Notes: generated by a model from the letters alone, not told the origin. A stretch of DNA of 64,000 nucleotides from Rhodospirillaceae bacterium (GCA_016722635.1 JADKIX010000003.1:155543-219542), one strand, 5' to 3'. Shown: positions 18,573-29,634, numbered from the stretch's first letter. Program-made: numbers and translations.

Positions 18573-19838
18573 CTATCGAGGCAGTGGTGCAAAAATTAAA
18601 CTGGCATTTGTACCACCAAATCCAAATGAATTTGATAGAACATAACGAACTTGGCGTTTTTTAGCCTTATGGGGGACAAGATCAATGTCACAATTAGGGG
18701 ACGGATTATCTAAATTCAGTGTCGGTGGAACAATTTGACCTTGTAGAGCCAAAATAGAAAATATTGCTTCAACACTGCCTGCGGCACCAAGCAAGTGGCC
18801 GATAGCAGATTTTGTTGAAGACATAGAAAGCTTATAGGCGGATGGCCCAAACAGCCTTTTAACGGCATTTAATTCAATTTCGTCACCAAGTGGGGTAGAT
18901 GTACCATGGGCATTAATATAATCAATTTGCTCCGGTTTTATTCCTGCCCTTTTAATGGCGGCCTGCATCGCACGAAAAGCTCCATCACCATCTGGTGCAG
19001 GTGCCGTCATATGGTACGCATCCCCTGATAAGCCGTAACCGATTAATTCCGCGTAAATTTTAACTCCTCGGCGCTTGGCATGCTCTAATTCTTCTAAAAC
19101 AACAATACCCGCCCCCTCTCCCATCACAAACCCATCCCGATCAATATCCCAAGGCCGCGATCCTTTTTGGGGAGTATCGTTGAAAGCTGTCGATAAGGCT
19201 CGAAGCGCAGAAAAACCAGCCAAGCCGATCCTGTTAACGGAACCTTCTGCACCACCTGCAACCATTAAATCTGCATCCCCCAACGCAATCAGCCTGGCGG
19301 CGTCTCCTAGCGCATGGGCACCGGTTGAACAGGCGGTTACCACCGAGTGATTAGGACCCTTTAAACCGAATTTGATTGAGATATTGCCAGAAGCTAAATT
19401 AATCAAACATGAAGGGATAAAAAATGGACTGACACGCCTAGGCCCTTTTTCATGCAGAACGATGGAGGATTCGTAAATACCTTGCAGTCCGCCGATCCCT
19501 GAACCTACCATGACGCCCGTTTTACAACGATCTTCTTCACTTTGAGGGTCCCATTTTGCATCTTTCAACGCTTCTGCAGCCGCAGCAATGGCATATAGAA
19601 TAAATGGTTCTACTTTTTTTTGATCTTTAGGGGATAAATAGTTATCTGCAAAAAACTCATTCGGGGCATGGCCTGTAGGGATCTGCGCTGCTATCTTGCT
19701 TGGTAAATCAGCTACATCGAAAGAATCAATCTTCTTAATTCCTGATTGTCCTTGCAATAATCTTTCCCAAGTAACCTTAACCCCATTTCCCAATGGCGTT
19801 AATAACCCAAGACCAGTAACAACAACGCGCCTCAACAT
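18573..19838 (-). CDS. fabF: 3-oxoacyl-ACP synthase II
   Basis: 421 aa KAS-II; active-site Cys/His/His architecture; in fabD-fabG-acpP-fabF cluster. Confidence 0.9.
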   Translation of the reverse strand: MLRRVVVTGLGLLTPLGNGVKVTWERLLQGQSGIKKIDSFDVADLPSKIAAQIPTGHAPNEFFADNYLSPKDQKKVEPFILYAIAAAAEALKDAKWDPQSEEDRCKTGVMVGSGIGGLQGIYESSIVLHEKGPRRVSPFFIPSCLINLASGNISIKFGLKGPNHSVVTACSTGAHALGDAARLIALGDADLMVAGGAEGSVNRIGLAGFSALRALSTAFNDTPQKGSRPWDIDRDGFVMGEGAGIVVLEELEHAKRRGVKIYAELIGYGLSGDAYHMTAPAPDGDGAFRAMQAAIKRAGIKPEQIDYINAHGTSTPLGDEIELNAVKRLFGPSAYKLSMSSTKSAIGHLLGAAGSVEAIFSILALQGQIVPPTLNLDNPSPNCDIDLVPHKAKKRQVRYVLSNSFGFGGTNASLIFAPLPR

Positions 19839-19874
19839 TTTTAATATTATCCCTGCTATATAGGGTTACAGTAG

Positions 19875-20111
19875 CTATTTTGAGTTTTTCTGGATATAAC
19901 TGACCGCATCTTTAACGACAGAAAAACGTTCGGCTGCATCGTCAGGAATTTCACAACCAAACTCTTCTTCAAAAGCCATTACTAACTCAACTGTATCTAA
20001 GCTATCTGCACCCAAATCATCGGCAAAATTTGCATTGTCCGTGACTTTTGATTCTTCAACACCCAATTGTTCGACAATAATCCTTTTTACGCGTTGGGCA
20101 ATGTCAGTCAT
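19875..20111 (-). CDS. acpP: acyl carrier protein
   Basis: 78 aa, [12 protein letters not shown] phosphopantetheine site. Confidence 0.9.
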   Translation of the reverse strand: MTDIAQRVKRIIVEQLGVEESKVTDNANFADDLGADSLDTVELVMAFEEEFGCEIPDDAAERFSVVKDAVSYIQKNSK

Positions 20112-20298
20112 GTTTATGTCCTATAATGTTATGGTTAAAATTCACTGTATGATATTAAAATATTAATTAATATTTGTAACCTTTAATATTTATCAAAACA
20201 ATCATGTTATCTTAATGCAATTTGCTCGACGAGATCAATGGCTGAAATAAGCATCATTGCTGGTTTTACTGAAGTTACCGAAAAGTTCAAGTTTAAAA

Positions 20299-21039
20299 TT
20301 AAATCATTGCCATCCCACCATTAATATGGAGGGTCTGCCCCGTAATATAGCTTGCTTCTTCGCTCGCCAAGAAAGCAACAGACGGACCAATATCTTCGGC
20401 TATTCCTAATCTACCCATTGGGATCTGTTGTATCAATTTATCTTTTTGTTCCTGGGTTAGTTTATCTGTCATGGGTGTCACAATAAACCCTGGCGCAATA
20501 GCATTAATCGTAATATTACGTGACGCAACCTCTAAAGCCAAAGATTTTGTCATACCTATTAATCCAGCTTTTGCCGCAGCATAATTTGCTTGCCCAGCAT
20601 TTCCGGTAACCCCAACCACAGAACTGATATTAATGATTCTCCCCCAGCGGCGTTTCATCATTCCCCTTAATACTTGTCGCGCCAGTTTAAAACACACCGT
20701 TAAATTCAAATCAATAACAGATGCCCAATCTTCATCTTTCATGCGAATGGATAAATTGTCTTTGGTAATTCCTGCATTATTAACAAGGATATCAACTTCT
20801 TTCCCAAGAGCAATTTCAGCATTTTTTACCAAATTTTCAACATCGCCACCATGGCTAAGGTCAGCTACCACAAAATGGATTCGTTCTTTCAAATTGCCCG
20901 CAATTTTATTCAACGTATCAACTTTTGTTCCTGACATAATAACAGTGGCACCCTGTTGATGTAAGGAGGCGACAATAGCTTGGCCAATTCCGCCAGAAGC
21001 CCCTGTTACCAATGCTGTTTTTCCATCTAAATTAAACAT
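20299..21039 (-). CDS. fabG: 3-oxoacyl-ACP reductase
   Basis: 246 aa SDR, TGASGGIGQAI, NAG, YxxxK. Confidence 0.85.
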   Translation of the reverse strand: MFNLDGKTALVTGASGGIGQAIVASLHQQGATVIMSGTKVDTLNKIAGNLKERIHFVVADLSHGGDVENLVKNAEIALGKEVDILVNNAGITKDNLSIRMKDEDWASVIDLNLTVCFKLARQVLRGMMKRRWGRIINISSVVGVTGNAGQANYAAAKAGLIGMTKSLALEVASRNITINAIAPGFIVTPMTDKLTQEQKDKLIQQIPMGRLGIAEDIGPSVAFLASEEASYITGQTLHINGGMAMI

Positions 21040-21078
21040 CCAATTTTCCGCCTTCTATAAAAAATATTAGGTATGTGA

Positions 21079-22038
21079 TTATTGTTGCAAAAGCCATTGA
21101 GTAATTTGGCCTATGTCAGCAATATCTGTACAATTCATAGTGGTTAAATCTTTATCAATCCTTTTGATTAATCCTGATAACACTTTACCTGCACCAACCT
21201 CAATAAATTGGTTAACATTATTTTCTTTCATCGTTAACACTGATTCCCGCCATTTGACCATTCCGACGACTTGTTCCACCAATAACAGCTGAATTTTTGA
21301 AGGATCGCTGACTGGTTTAGCGTTAATATTTGCAATAATTGGTTTGGAAGGTTTTTTAAAAGTAACACTCTTTAACGCCTCTGCCATCCGATCAGCCGCC
21401 GGTTGCATCAAAGCACAGTGGAAAGGTGCACTAACAGGAAGTAAAATAGCTTTTTTAATACCATGTTTAGGAGCTAATTCCAATGCTTTGTCGACGGTGG
21501 TTTTTAACCCACTAATGACCACTTGTCCCGGACAATTATCATTCGCAGGGGTACAAATTCCACCCTTTTCCTCTTTTACCGCTTGATTGCAGATCGCTTG
21601 GGCTATTGCTAAATCGGCTCCTAATAAAGCGGCCATTGCCCCTATACCAACCGGTACTGCTGATTGCATGGCTTGTCCACGAATCTTCAATAGCTTAGCG
21701 CTGTCCGCCAAACTAAAAACTCCTGCCACAGTTAAGGCAGTATATTCACCTAACGAATGTCCAGCCAAGAAATCTGCTTTACGGATAACCGGATAACCTA
21801 CCTCCTGATCAAGCACCCGCATAAACGCCAAGCTAACAGCCATTAAAGCTGGCTGGGTATTTTCGGTTAGCATTAAGGCTGAATCTGGCCCTTCAACGAT
21901 AATTTTATATAAGGATTGGTTTAAAGAACTATCTACTTCTTGAAAAACCTCCCTTGCCACAGAAAAGTTTTTTGCAAGCTCTATCCCCATCCCCACAAAC
22001 TGCGATCCCTGTCCTGGAAAAATAAAAGCCAGCCCCAT
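21079..22038 (-). CDS. fabD: malonyl-CoA:ACP transacylase
   Basis: 319 aa, GHSLGE active site. Confidence 0.85.
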   Translation of the reverse strand: MGLAFIFPGQGSQFVGMGIELAKNFSVAREVFQEVDSSLNQSLYKIIVEGPDSALMLTENTQPALMAVSLAFMRVLDQEVGYPVIRKADFLAGHSLGEYTALTVAGVFSLADSAKLLKIRGQAMQSAVPVGIGAMAALLGADLAIAQAICNQAVKEEKGGICTPANDNCPGQVVISGLKTTVDKALELAPKHGIKKAILLPVSAPFHCALMQPAADRMAEALKSVTFKKPSKPIIANINAKPVSDPSKIQLLLVEQVVGMVKWRESVLTMKENNVNQFIEVGAGKVLSGLIKRIDKDLTTMNCTDIADIGQITQWLLQQ

Positions 22039-22073
22039 TTTTTCTTCTCCTTATTTTTATACCCAAAAGATTT

Positions 22074-22820
22074 TTAAGTCCGACCATAGTTTGATAAATT
22101 AATTAATTCTCCATGAATCTGACAACTATCCTCCGCTAAACCCAAAAAAGCAGACGCGATATCTTGAGGTGTTTGCAAACGCCCCGAATTTTCACCTGGG
22201 AAAGCTGATTTTCTCATATCTGTTCTGGTAGCGCCCGGATTGACTAAGTTCACCCGAATTTTGGTCATGCTGGTTTCAGCAGCATATATTTTTACCATCA
22301 TTTCCAAAGCTGCTTTGCTGATAGCGTAAGTTCCCCAATAGGGCCTAATTTGAGTGGCAACGGAAGATGTCAAAAATATTGCCCGCCCTGCTGAAGATAA
22401 CCGTAAAAGTGGGTCAAGCGCACGAATAATACGCCAGTTTGCAGTTAAATTAATTTTTAAAACTTTTTCCCACTCGCTCGGTTCAATTTGGGCAAGTGGG
22501 GTCAAGGTTCCTAAAACTGCAGCATTGCCCACCAAAATATCTAATCTTCCGAAGCGATCGTAAATAGCCTGGGTTAAGGCATCAATTTGATCGCATTGTT
22601 CTAAATCAAAAGGTAAAAGAGTGGGGTTATGTCCTTGGCTTTTAAACGTATCGTCAATTTTTTCTAAAGAACGTTGATTTTTTGAAAGCAAGATAATTTT
22701 AGCTCCAGCTTCCGCAAAAACTTGGGCAATCCCTAAACCAATTCCCCGAGAGGCGCCAGTAATTAAAGCAATCTTACCTAGCAGGCGCTGAGAGGAATTA
22801 CCGCTATTCATTTGATCCAA
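22074..22820 (-). CDS. SDR-family oxidoreductase
   Basis: TGASRGIGLGIA Rossmann motif. Confidence 0.6.
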   Translation of the reverse strand: MDQMNSGNSSQRLLGKIALITGASRGIGLGIAQVFAEAGAKIILLSKNQRSLEKIDDTFKSQGHNPTLLPFDLEQCDQIDALTQAIYDRFGRLDILVGNAAVLGTLTPLAQIEPSEWEKVLKINLTANWRIIRALDPLLRLSSAGRAIFLTSSVATQIRPYWGTYAISKAALEMMVKIYAAETSMTKIRVNLVNPGATRTDMRKSAFPGENSGRLQTPQDIASAFLGLAEDSCQIHGELINLSNYGRT

Positions 22821-22829
22821 ACGCTTATT

Positions 22830-23318
22830 TTACAAACTATTTGGTTGATCGGTTGGGATAAATGATCTAATCACTTCAACCCCTTTATCTAAATATGGCT
22901 TAGTAAAGCTGTGTTCTAAGAATGCACGATCCTCTTGTGCTGGGAAAATCCATAACGTCAACATATATAGAAGACAAACAATGACCACTCCCCTAACTAA
23001 CCCAAAAAGCAGGCCAAACCAACGATCAATAATGCTTGGTGACCCTGTAACCAAAGAATTGCCTATAGCGTATGTGATGATGAGGACAATGATCAACGTA
23101 ACAAAAAATACCCCTCCCCACGCTATCAATTGGGCGGCCAAATCATTGGTGATAAAGCTTCCAACCATCGGTAAAACCAACGGAGCAACGTAAATAGCGA
23201 CAACTACTGCTATTATCCAAGCCAAAAGACCTAAGATTTCTTTAATAAAACCGACGCTGAAAGCTAAAATTCCAGAAATAACTAAAATAACCATAACGAT
23301 GATATCGACCCAATTCAT
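22830..23318 (-). CDS. cvpA: CvpA-family membrane protein
   Basis: 162 aa, 4 TM, CvpA-like; upstream of radA. Confidence 0.6.
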   Translation of the reverse strand: MNWVDIIVMVILVISGILAFSVGFIKEILGLLAWIIAVVVAIYVAPLVLPMVGSFITNDLAAQLIAWGGVFFVTLIIVLIITYAIGNSLVTGSPSIIDRWFGLLFGLVRGVVIVCLLYMLTLWIFPAQEDRAFLEHSFTKPYLDKGVEVIRSFIPTDQPNSL

Positions 23319-23344
23319 TTCCCTCTCCTTAAGCTAACCCTACG

Positions 23345-24739
23345 TTATAAATTTATTTCTGGATTATTCATCAGTTTCAGTAATATTCCCAATGTGGCAA
23401 TTTCTTTGGTTTTAATCAAGTGTTCTATTTCTTTCATTTGCCCCTTAGGTTGGGTAGGAATATAAGATGTGTGAAAGCCTAACTTAACCGCTTCTTTTAG
23501 TCGAGCATTTATATGCCCAACGCTACGTATTTCGCCCCCTAAACCAACTTCGCCAAAAATGACCAATTTGTCATTTACAGCCTTTTTAAGGGCGGAAGAC
23601 ATTAAGGCAGCTGCCACCGCTAGATCAGCGGCAGGTTCTTGGATACGTAATCCGCCTGCCACATTCAAGTAAATATCATATGCTCCAAGTGGCAACTGGC
23701 ACCGAGTTTCTAAAACTGCCAGTATCATCGATAATCTCGAAGAATCCCACCCCACAACGGAACGGCGGGGGGTTCCAAACGAGGAAGGAGATATTAACGT
23801 CTGAATTTCCATTAATACCGGCCTTGTACCCTCAACTCCAACAAAAATACAACTGCCCGCGATTGGCAAACGGTCTTTGATAAAAAGGGCTGAGGGATTG
23901 ATGACTTCTTTTAAGCCAAGCTCGGTCATTTCAAAAACCCCAATTTCATCAGTCGCACCAAAGCGGTTTTTAACCGTACGCAATATGCGGAATTGGTGAT
24001 TGCGTTCTCCTTCAAAATATAATACGCAATCAACCATATGTTCCAAAACTCGTGGTCCTGCGATTGCCCCCTCTTTCGTTACGTGACCTACCAAAATTAA
24101 GCATATATCTTTTTGCTTGGCCAAACGGATCAATTCAGAAGCACAAGTCCTTACCTGCGCCACGGTACCTGGAGCAGATTCAAGCGCGTCCGTATACAAT
24201 GTTTGGATTGAATCAACCACCAAGACGGATGATTTTGGCATTTTATCCATGGCTTGCAGGATAGTTTGTAATTCATTGTTAGCAGCCAACAAGATATTTC
24301 TATTGCTAATTTCCAGACGCCGGGCCCTCATCCGGATTTGTTCAATCCCCTCCTCACCTGAAATATAGTAATAAACCAGTTCTTGTTGTTGGTTATGTTG
24401 AGATAAAGCGGCCAACACTTGCAACAATAGAGTGGATTTGCCAATCCCTGGATCACCACCGACCAGAATTGCTGAACCTTGCACCAACCCGCCACCGCAT
24501 ACCCGATCAAATTCGCCCAACCCACTTTCTAACCTTAAGGCTGGCACCGTAGTGCCTACTAAATCATGAAATTGAATATTGTCAGCTTTCGTTTTAGAAA
24601 GATGTTTTTTAATTTTTCCTTGCACCGCAATGGGTGCTTCTTCTGTAATGCTATTCCAAGCACCGCATTCATCACACTTACCACCCCATTTCCGAAAACG
24701 GGTGCCGCAATTTTGGCATTGATAAACCATGGCATTCAT
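23345..24739 (-). CDS. radA: DNA repair protein RadA/Sms
   Basis: N-terminal C4 zinc finger CQNCG..CDECG, Walker A GDPGIGKST, KNRFG motif, Lon-like C-terminus. Confidence 0.9.
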   Translation of the reverse strand: MNAMVYQCQNCGTRFRKWGGKCDECGAWNSITEEAPIAVQGKIKKHLSKTKADNIQFHDLVGTTVPALRLESGLGEFDRVCGGGLVQGSAILVGGDPGIGKSTLLLQVLAALSQHNQQQELVYYYISGEEGIEQIRMRARRLEISNRNILLAANNELQTILQAMDKMPKSSVLVVDSIQTLYTDALESAPGTVAQVRTCASELIRLAKQKDICLILVGHVTKEGAIAGPRVLEHMVDCVLYFEGERNHQFRILRTVKNRFGATDEIGVFEMTELGLKEVINPSALFIKDRLPIAGSCIFVGVEGTRPVLMEIQTLISPSSFGTPRRSVVGWDSSRLSMILAVLETRCQLPLGAYDIYLNVAGGLRIQEPAADLAVAAALMSSALKKAVNDKLVIFGEVGLGGEIRSVGHINARLKEAVKLGFHTSYIPTQPKGQMKEIEHLIKTKEIATLGILLKLMNNPEINL

Positions 24740-24758
24740 TTAATTTTTCCAGAACAAT

Positions 24759-25541
24759 TTACGAAAACATTTGACCAGGTATTTTGATTGGCCCTTCTGC
24801 ACGCCCATGAATGAATTGATCAACATATTCATTATGAGAATAGTCCATTTCCCTGACAGGGCCCTGCCAAACAACTTTACCTTGATAAAGCATAATGACC
24901 CGGTGAGCAATCTTCCGCGCACTCGCCAAATCATGGGTAATTGAGACCGCTGTGGCTCCTAATTTTTGCACCGTTTGGATGATTAAATCATTGATGACAG
25001 CGCTCATAATGGGATCTAAGCCTGTGGTTGGTTCATCAAAAAACATAATTTCCGGTTTTGTCGTGATCGCGCGGGCTAATCCTACCCTTTTCTGCATGCC
25101 ACCCGATAATTCTGCCGGTGACAAATCCGCAACCAACGCATCCAAACCCACCGTTTGCAAATTCTTAATTGCTTCCTGTTTTGCCTCCATCCGTGTTATT
25201 TTGGTTGTTTGCAACAAACCAAAAGCCACGTTTTCCCAAACTTTCAAACTATCAAATAAGGCTCCACCTTGAAACAACATCCCAATCTTTTTTAAATGCT
25301 TTTCCCTGGCCTTCCAAGGTTTCCCAACCATTTCTTCCCCATCGATTTTAATACTGCCTTGATCGGGCTGAAGAAGACCCAGAATACATTTTAATAATAC
25401 TGATTTTCCGGTACCAGATCCCCCAATAATCACGACTGATTCACCGGGCATAATATCCATGTCTACGCCCTGAAGAACTTCCTTCTTTCCAAAGCTTTTA
25501 TATAAATTCCTGATGGAAATCTTAGATGTCAAATCGGTCAT
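24759..25541 (-). CDS. mlaF: MlaF-like ABC transporter ATP-binding protein
   Basis: Start set at internal Met (MTDLTSK) immediately after mlaE stop; Walker A GGSGTGKS, LSGGMQKRV signature. Confidence 0.7.
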   Translation of the reverse strand: MTDLTSKISIRNLYKSFGKKEVLQGVDMDIMPGESVVIIGGSGTGKSVLLKCILGLLQPDQGSIKIDGEEMVGKPWKAREKHLKKIGMLFQGGALFDSLKVWENVAFGLLQTTKITRMEAKQEAIKNLQTVGLDALVADLSPAELSGGMQKRVGLARAITTKPEIMFFDEPTTGLDPIMSAVINDLIIQTVQKLGATAVSITHDLASARKIAHRVIMLYQGKVVWQGPVREMDYSHNEYVDQFIHGRAEGPIKIPGQMFS

Positions 25542-26323
25542 ATAGCAAAGAAAGCCTCTGTTAAGAAATAGTTGAATATTAAAATAAAAATAGAACTGGC
25601 AACAACCGCTTTGGTGGTTGCCATCCCCACCCCCTGCGCCCCGCCCTTGGAATAATATCCGTAATAACAACCCATCAATGTGATAATGAGGCCAAAAACC
25701 CCTGCCTTAACTAATCCAGAAACCACATCCATCACTTGCAAGAAACCCACTGTATTGTTTAAATAAGCCGCAGGATTAAAACCCAATTTGTAAACGCTAA
25801 CCACATACCCGCCCAGCACGCCAATAATATCCGCAATTAAAACCAATAAAGGCAACGTAATCAGACCTGCAATGATTCGGGGGACAACCAAATATTTCAT
25901 GGAATTGGTCGAAAGGGTTGCCAAAGCATCAATTTGCTCCGTTACACGCATCGTACCCAATTCAGCGGCAATAGCCGCACCAATCCGCCCCGCAACCATT
26001 AGCCCCGCCAAAACAGGTCCTAATTCACGGGTAATAGAAACGATAATTACGTTGGGGATAGCGGATTCCGCCCCCCCAATCCTTGAAAAACCTGTATAAC
26101 TTTGTAAAGCGAGAACCATGCCTGTAAAAATAGCAGTTAATCCCACCACCGGTAAGGAATAAAAACCAATTTCGATCATTTGTTTGATAATTAATCGCGG
26201 ATAAAAAGGCGGATATAAACAATGACCGACAGCTTTCAGGCAGAAGGTCACTAAATTTCCCAATGCCTCTAATCTGTTGATTGTTGTCCTACCTATTGAT
26301 GCGGGAAACCTTTGGATAAACAC
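25538..26323 (-). CDS. mlaE: MlaE-like ABC transporter permease
   Basis: 261 aa multi-TM, MlaE/YrbE family. Confidence 0.7.
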   Translation of the reverse strand: MFIQRFPASIGRTTINRLEALGNLVTFCLKAVGHCLYPPFYPRLIIKQMIEIGFYSLPVVGLTAIFTGMVLALQSYTGFSRIGGAESAIPNVIIVSITRELGPVLAGLMVAGRIGAAIAAELGTMRVTEQIDALATLSTNSMKYLVVPRIIAGLITLPLLVLIADIIGVLGGYVVSVYKLGFNPAAYLNNTVGFLQVMDVVSGLVKAGVFGLIITLMGCYYGYYSKGGAQGVGMATTKAVVASSIFILIFNYFLTEAFFAI

Positions 26324-26330
26324 TTGTGAT

Positions 26331-27407
26331 TTAACCTATATATTCACGTTGATACCGATTACCAAGTGAGGTTAGCATTTCATAACTTATTGTTCCAGCA
26401 AAAGAAGCTATATCATCAATTGGTTGATGAGTACCGATCAATTCAACCTCATCCCCTTCTTGCATTAAATGTTCGGGTAATGAAGTGATATCGATCGTAA
26501 TTAAATCCATGGAGATCCGTCCGATAATCGGTAATTTAAAATCCTTAAATCGCACATACCCTTTATTGCTCAAGCTGCGCAAAATGCCATCGGCATAACC
26601 GGCAGCAATGGTTGCAAGCCGACCCGCATGGGGATATTGATAGGTGCCATTATAACCAACCTTACAGCCCGCCCTAATTGTCCTTATTTGAATAACCGGG
26701 ATTTTTAAACTGATGACTGGCAACATCGGATTTAGTTTGGTTGGCGTCGGATTGCCACCCCATAAAGCAATACCTGGGCGCACCATATCAAAATGATAGG
26801 CTTTCCCAAGAAATATCCCAGATGATGCCGCCAACGAGAATTGGGCAGGATAAGCTTTCAATTGATTTTGACAATTTGTAAAAATATTCAATTGGTTAAT
26901 ATTTGAAGGATTATCAGGTTCATCGGCGCTGGCCAAATGGCTTAGGAACAAAGCAACTGGAAATGTTAAATGGGCCTTAATTTCCGTTAGTTGTTCTTGA
27001 ACGAAACCTAATCGATTGATCCCGCTATCGATATGAATAACAGCTTTTGTTTTAACTGGCTGGTTTTGCAGCCAGTTTTTCCATAACTTGATTTGGCCCA
27101 TTGTATTTAATACGGGAGTTAATTGGTGCGATTGGAAAAAAGATAAATTTTTAGGGGATGGGCCATACAATATATATATCTGCACATCGTTTTTAACAAG
27201 GTTCCTTAAGATGATCCCTTCATCAACAGTGGCCACGAAAAAATGCCGGCATCCTTGAAGGTAAAGATAAGGCGCAATTTTATGAATCCCTAATCCATAG
27301 GCATCCGCTTTGACAACTGCGGCGACCACAGCAGGTTGGGCCATTTGTATGATGCGCTGATAATTTTGGCCAATGGCCGCTAGATTAATAACCAGTTTTG
27401 CTTTCAT
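26331..27407 (-). CDS. alr: alanine racemase
   Basis: AVVKADAYGLG PLP-Lys motif. Confidence 0.8.
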   Translation of the reverse strand: MKAKLVINLAAIGQNYQRIIQMAQPAVVAAVVKADAYGLGIHKIAPYLYLQGCRHFFVATVDEGIILRNLVKNDVQIYILYGPSPKNLSFFQSHQLTPVLNTMGQIKLWKNWLQNQPVKTKAVIHIDSGINRLGFVQEQLTEIKAHLTFPVALFLSHLASADEPDNPSNINQLNIFTNCQNQLKAYPAQFSLAASSGIFLGKAYHFDMVRPGIALWGGNPTPTKLNPMLPVISLKIPVIQIRTIRAGCKVGYNGTYQYPHAGRLATIAAGYADGILRSLSNKGYVRFKDFKLPIIGRISMDLITIDITSLPEHLMQEGDEVELIGTHQPIDDIASFAGTISYEMLTSLGNRYQREYIG

Positions 27408-27420
27408 TTAACTTTATATT

Positions 27421-28936
27421 TTATTTTATTTGTCTGCGTTCATTGAGAGGCTGATGTTGCCGATCCATATTACCAAAACGGGTTAATGAGCCGTCAAAGA
27501 ACAATTCAACCGTACCGATTGGACCATGGCGTTGTTTCGCAATGTTAAGTTCTGCAATATTATGGACTTTAATGCCTCTTTCCTTCCAACGTTCATAACG
27601 AATGTTAAATTTGCCTTCATCTTCTTCGTTGCGTTGTTTCGGTTGTTCCCGCTCATGATAATATTGCTCCCGGTAAATAAACATGACCACATCTGCATCT
27701 TGTTCGATAGAGCCTGATTCGCGTAAATCAGCCAATTGCGGCCGTTTATCTTCCCTTGTTTCCACGGCACGACTTAACTGGGAAAGGGCAAGAACAGGCA
27801 CGTTTAATTCTTTGGCAACCGCTTTCAACCCCCCTAGTTATTTCTGAAACTTCTTGAACTCGGTTATCAGATCTGACGGGCCCTGAGGATTGCATTAATT
27901 GTAAATAATCGATCACGATTAGGCCGAGCCCATATTGTCTTTTAACCCTTCTTGCACGGGTACGAAGAGAGGCTACACTTAAGGCAGGTGTGTCGTCTAT
28001 GTACAAATTTAATTTGTTCAATTGCTTTGAGACTTCAATTATTTTCAGAAAATCATCGCCTTTAATATCGCCACGGCGAATACGATCCGAAGAAATTTCG
28101 CTTCTTTCGGCTAAGATTCGGGTCGCTAACTGCTCAGATGACATTTCGAGGGAGAAAAACAAGGTGACAGCACCGGCGGATGTGGGATCTACACCTTTTT
28201 TATCACCAGGTTCTAGCTTATATGCCTCAACCGCATTAACCGCAATATTCATTGCTAATGCCGTTTTACCCATCGATGGCCGACCTGCTAAGATAATCAA
28301 ATCGGAGGGATGCAATCCCCCTAGCTTGCGATCAAGATCAACTAATCCAGTGGTAACACCAGCAATTTTGCTAGTCCTACTGGCAGCGGCTTCCGCCGTT
28401 TTAATCGCATTATTTAAGGAAATGTAAAAAGGTTGAGCTTTAGATTCAATTTGACCGGTTTCTGCCAAGCTATATAAATTTTGCTCAGCCATCTCAATCT
28501 GCTTATGGGCGTTTTTTTCAGGCTCTTGAAAAGAAAAAGCCTGATTAACTACTTTTTCTCCAACATCAATGAGTTGTCGGCGGATGAACAAATCTTGAAT
28601 TTGGCGCGCGAAATCTTCCGCATTAATAATACTAATGACGGAGTCTTTTAATTGGGTTAGATATTTGGATCCACCCTGGCCCTTTAAAACCTCATCTTGG
28701 TCGAATTGGTTTTTTAAAGTCATGACATCGGCGATTTGTCCGCTTTGGATTAAACGGCCAATAGCCTGATATATTCGTCCATGCAAAGGATCAGAAAAAT
28801 GCTCAACTTTAAGAAATTCGGCAATTTTCTCATATACTAGGTTATTGACTAGCAAGGCCCCCAAAAATGCTTGCTCAATCTCATAATTAATTGGCAGATC
28901 TCTATCTTTCGTCAAGGGTGCTTGCTCTTTCATCAA
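27421..28936 (-). CDS. dnaB: replicative DNA helicase DnaB, reading frame interrupted by +1 G in a G6/C6 tract (27829..27834)
   Basis: ORFs 27746..28936 (N-terminal domain plus Walker [10 protein letters not shown]) and 27421..27828 (C-terminal ...[20 protein letters not shown]...) are contiguous DnaB. Removing one G of AGGGGGG gives [13 protein letters not shown] as in all DnaB proteins. Essential gene, so most likely a sequencing artefact. Confidence 0.85.
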
Positions 28937-29038
28937 TAACCCCTACAGGTAGATTTTTACCTTATAAACATTCGTTGCGCTAATAATAATGGCAGATTAC
29001 CCATATTGGACAATCTGCCATCAATAATGTAGCAGTTT

Positions 29039-29620
29039 TTAAGCTTCTGTCGTTTCTTCTTCAGCTTTTTCTTCAGTTTCTTCCAAAACAAACTCGTTTT
29101 GGATGTTACTTGCTTCTTTGCGATCACTGTTCCTAGGGATATAGCCGCCATTTTTCTGTTGCGCGGCAGCCTCTTCTAAGGATTGGGCAATATTAGCTGT
29201 TGCTTCAATTTTGACTTCGGGATGCAGTTGCACCTGGATAGGATATAAGCCAAGGGCTTTAATTGATTTATTCAAAACAATCTGTCTTTTATCGACGGTA
29301 AATCCCATTTCAACAATAGCATTGGCTAAATCACGCACCGTGACCGAACCATATAACTGACCAGATTCACCGGCTTGGCGGACAACCACTACCGTAAGAT
29401 TTTGCATTTTTGCAGCAACTTTTTCTGCTTCTTGCTTACGCTGTAAATTCGTGGCTTCTAATTGTTGGCGCTGCCCTTTAAAGAATTCCAGATTTTTATC
29501 TGTCGCCCGCAATGCCTTTTTCCTGGGCAATAAAAAATTCCTGGCAAAGCCAGCCTTAACATTAACCACTTCGCCCATTTGGCCAAGCTTTTCAACACGT
29601 TCTAAAAGAATAATTTGCAT
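29039..29620 (-). CDS. rplI: 50S ribosomal protein L9 (with acidic C-terminal tail)
   Basis: MQIILLERVEKLGQMGEVVNVKAGFARNFLLP. Confidence 0.9.
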   Translation of the reverse strand: MQIILLERVEKLGQMGEVVNVKAGFARNFLLPRKKALRATDKNLEFFKGQRQQLEATNLQRKQEAEKVAAKMQNLTVVVVRQAGESGQLYGSVTVRDLANAIVEMGFTVDKRQIVLNKSIKALGLYPIQVQLHPEVKIEATANIAQSLEEAAAQQKNGGYIPRNSDRKEASNIQNEFVLEETEEKAEEETTEA

Positions 29621-29634
29621 ATTATCACCCTTAC

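Noticed and set aside
19075-19350. Embedded opposite-strand ORFs inside fabF, fabD, fabG, yfhM, valS, dnaB etc.
   Set aside because: These include 137..328, 3035..3247, 20633..20959, 21344..21796, 27483..27770 and 51065..51259. They are shadow ORFs inside well-supported conserved genes, with no independent signals
28957-29151. 64-aa Lys-rich ORF between dnaB and rplI, overlapping rplI 3' end
   Set aside because: Low-complexity poly-K translation of an AT-rich spacer and rplI antisense; no start context
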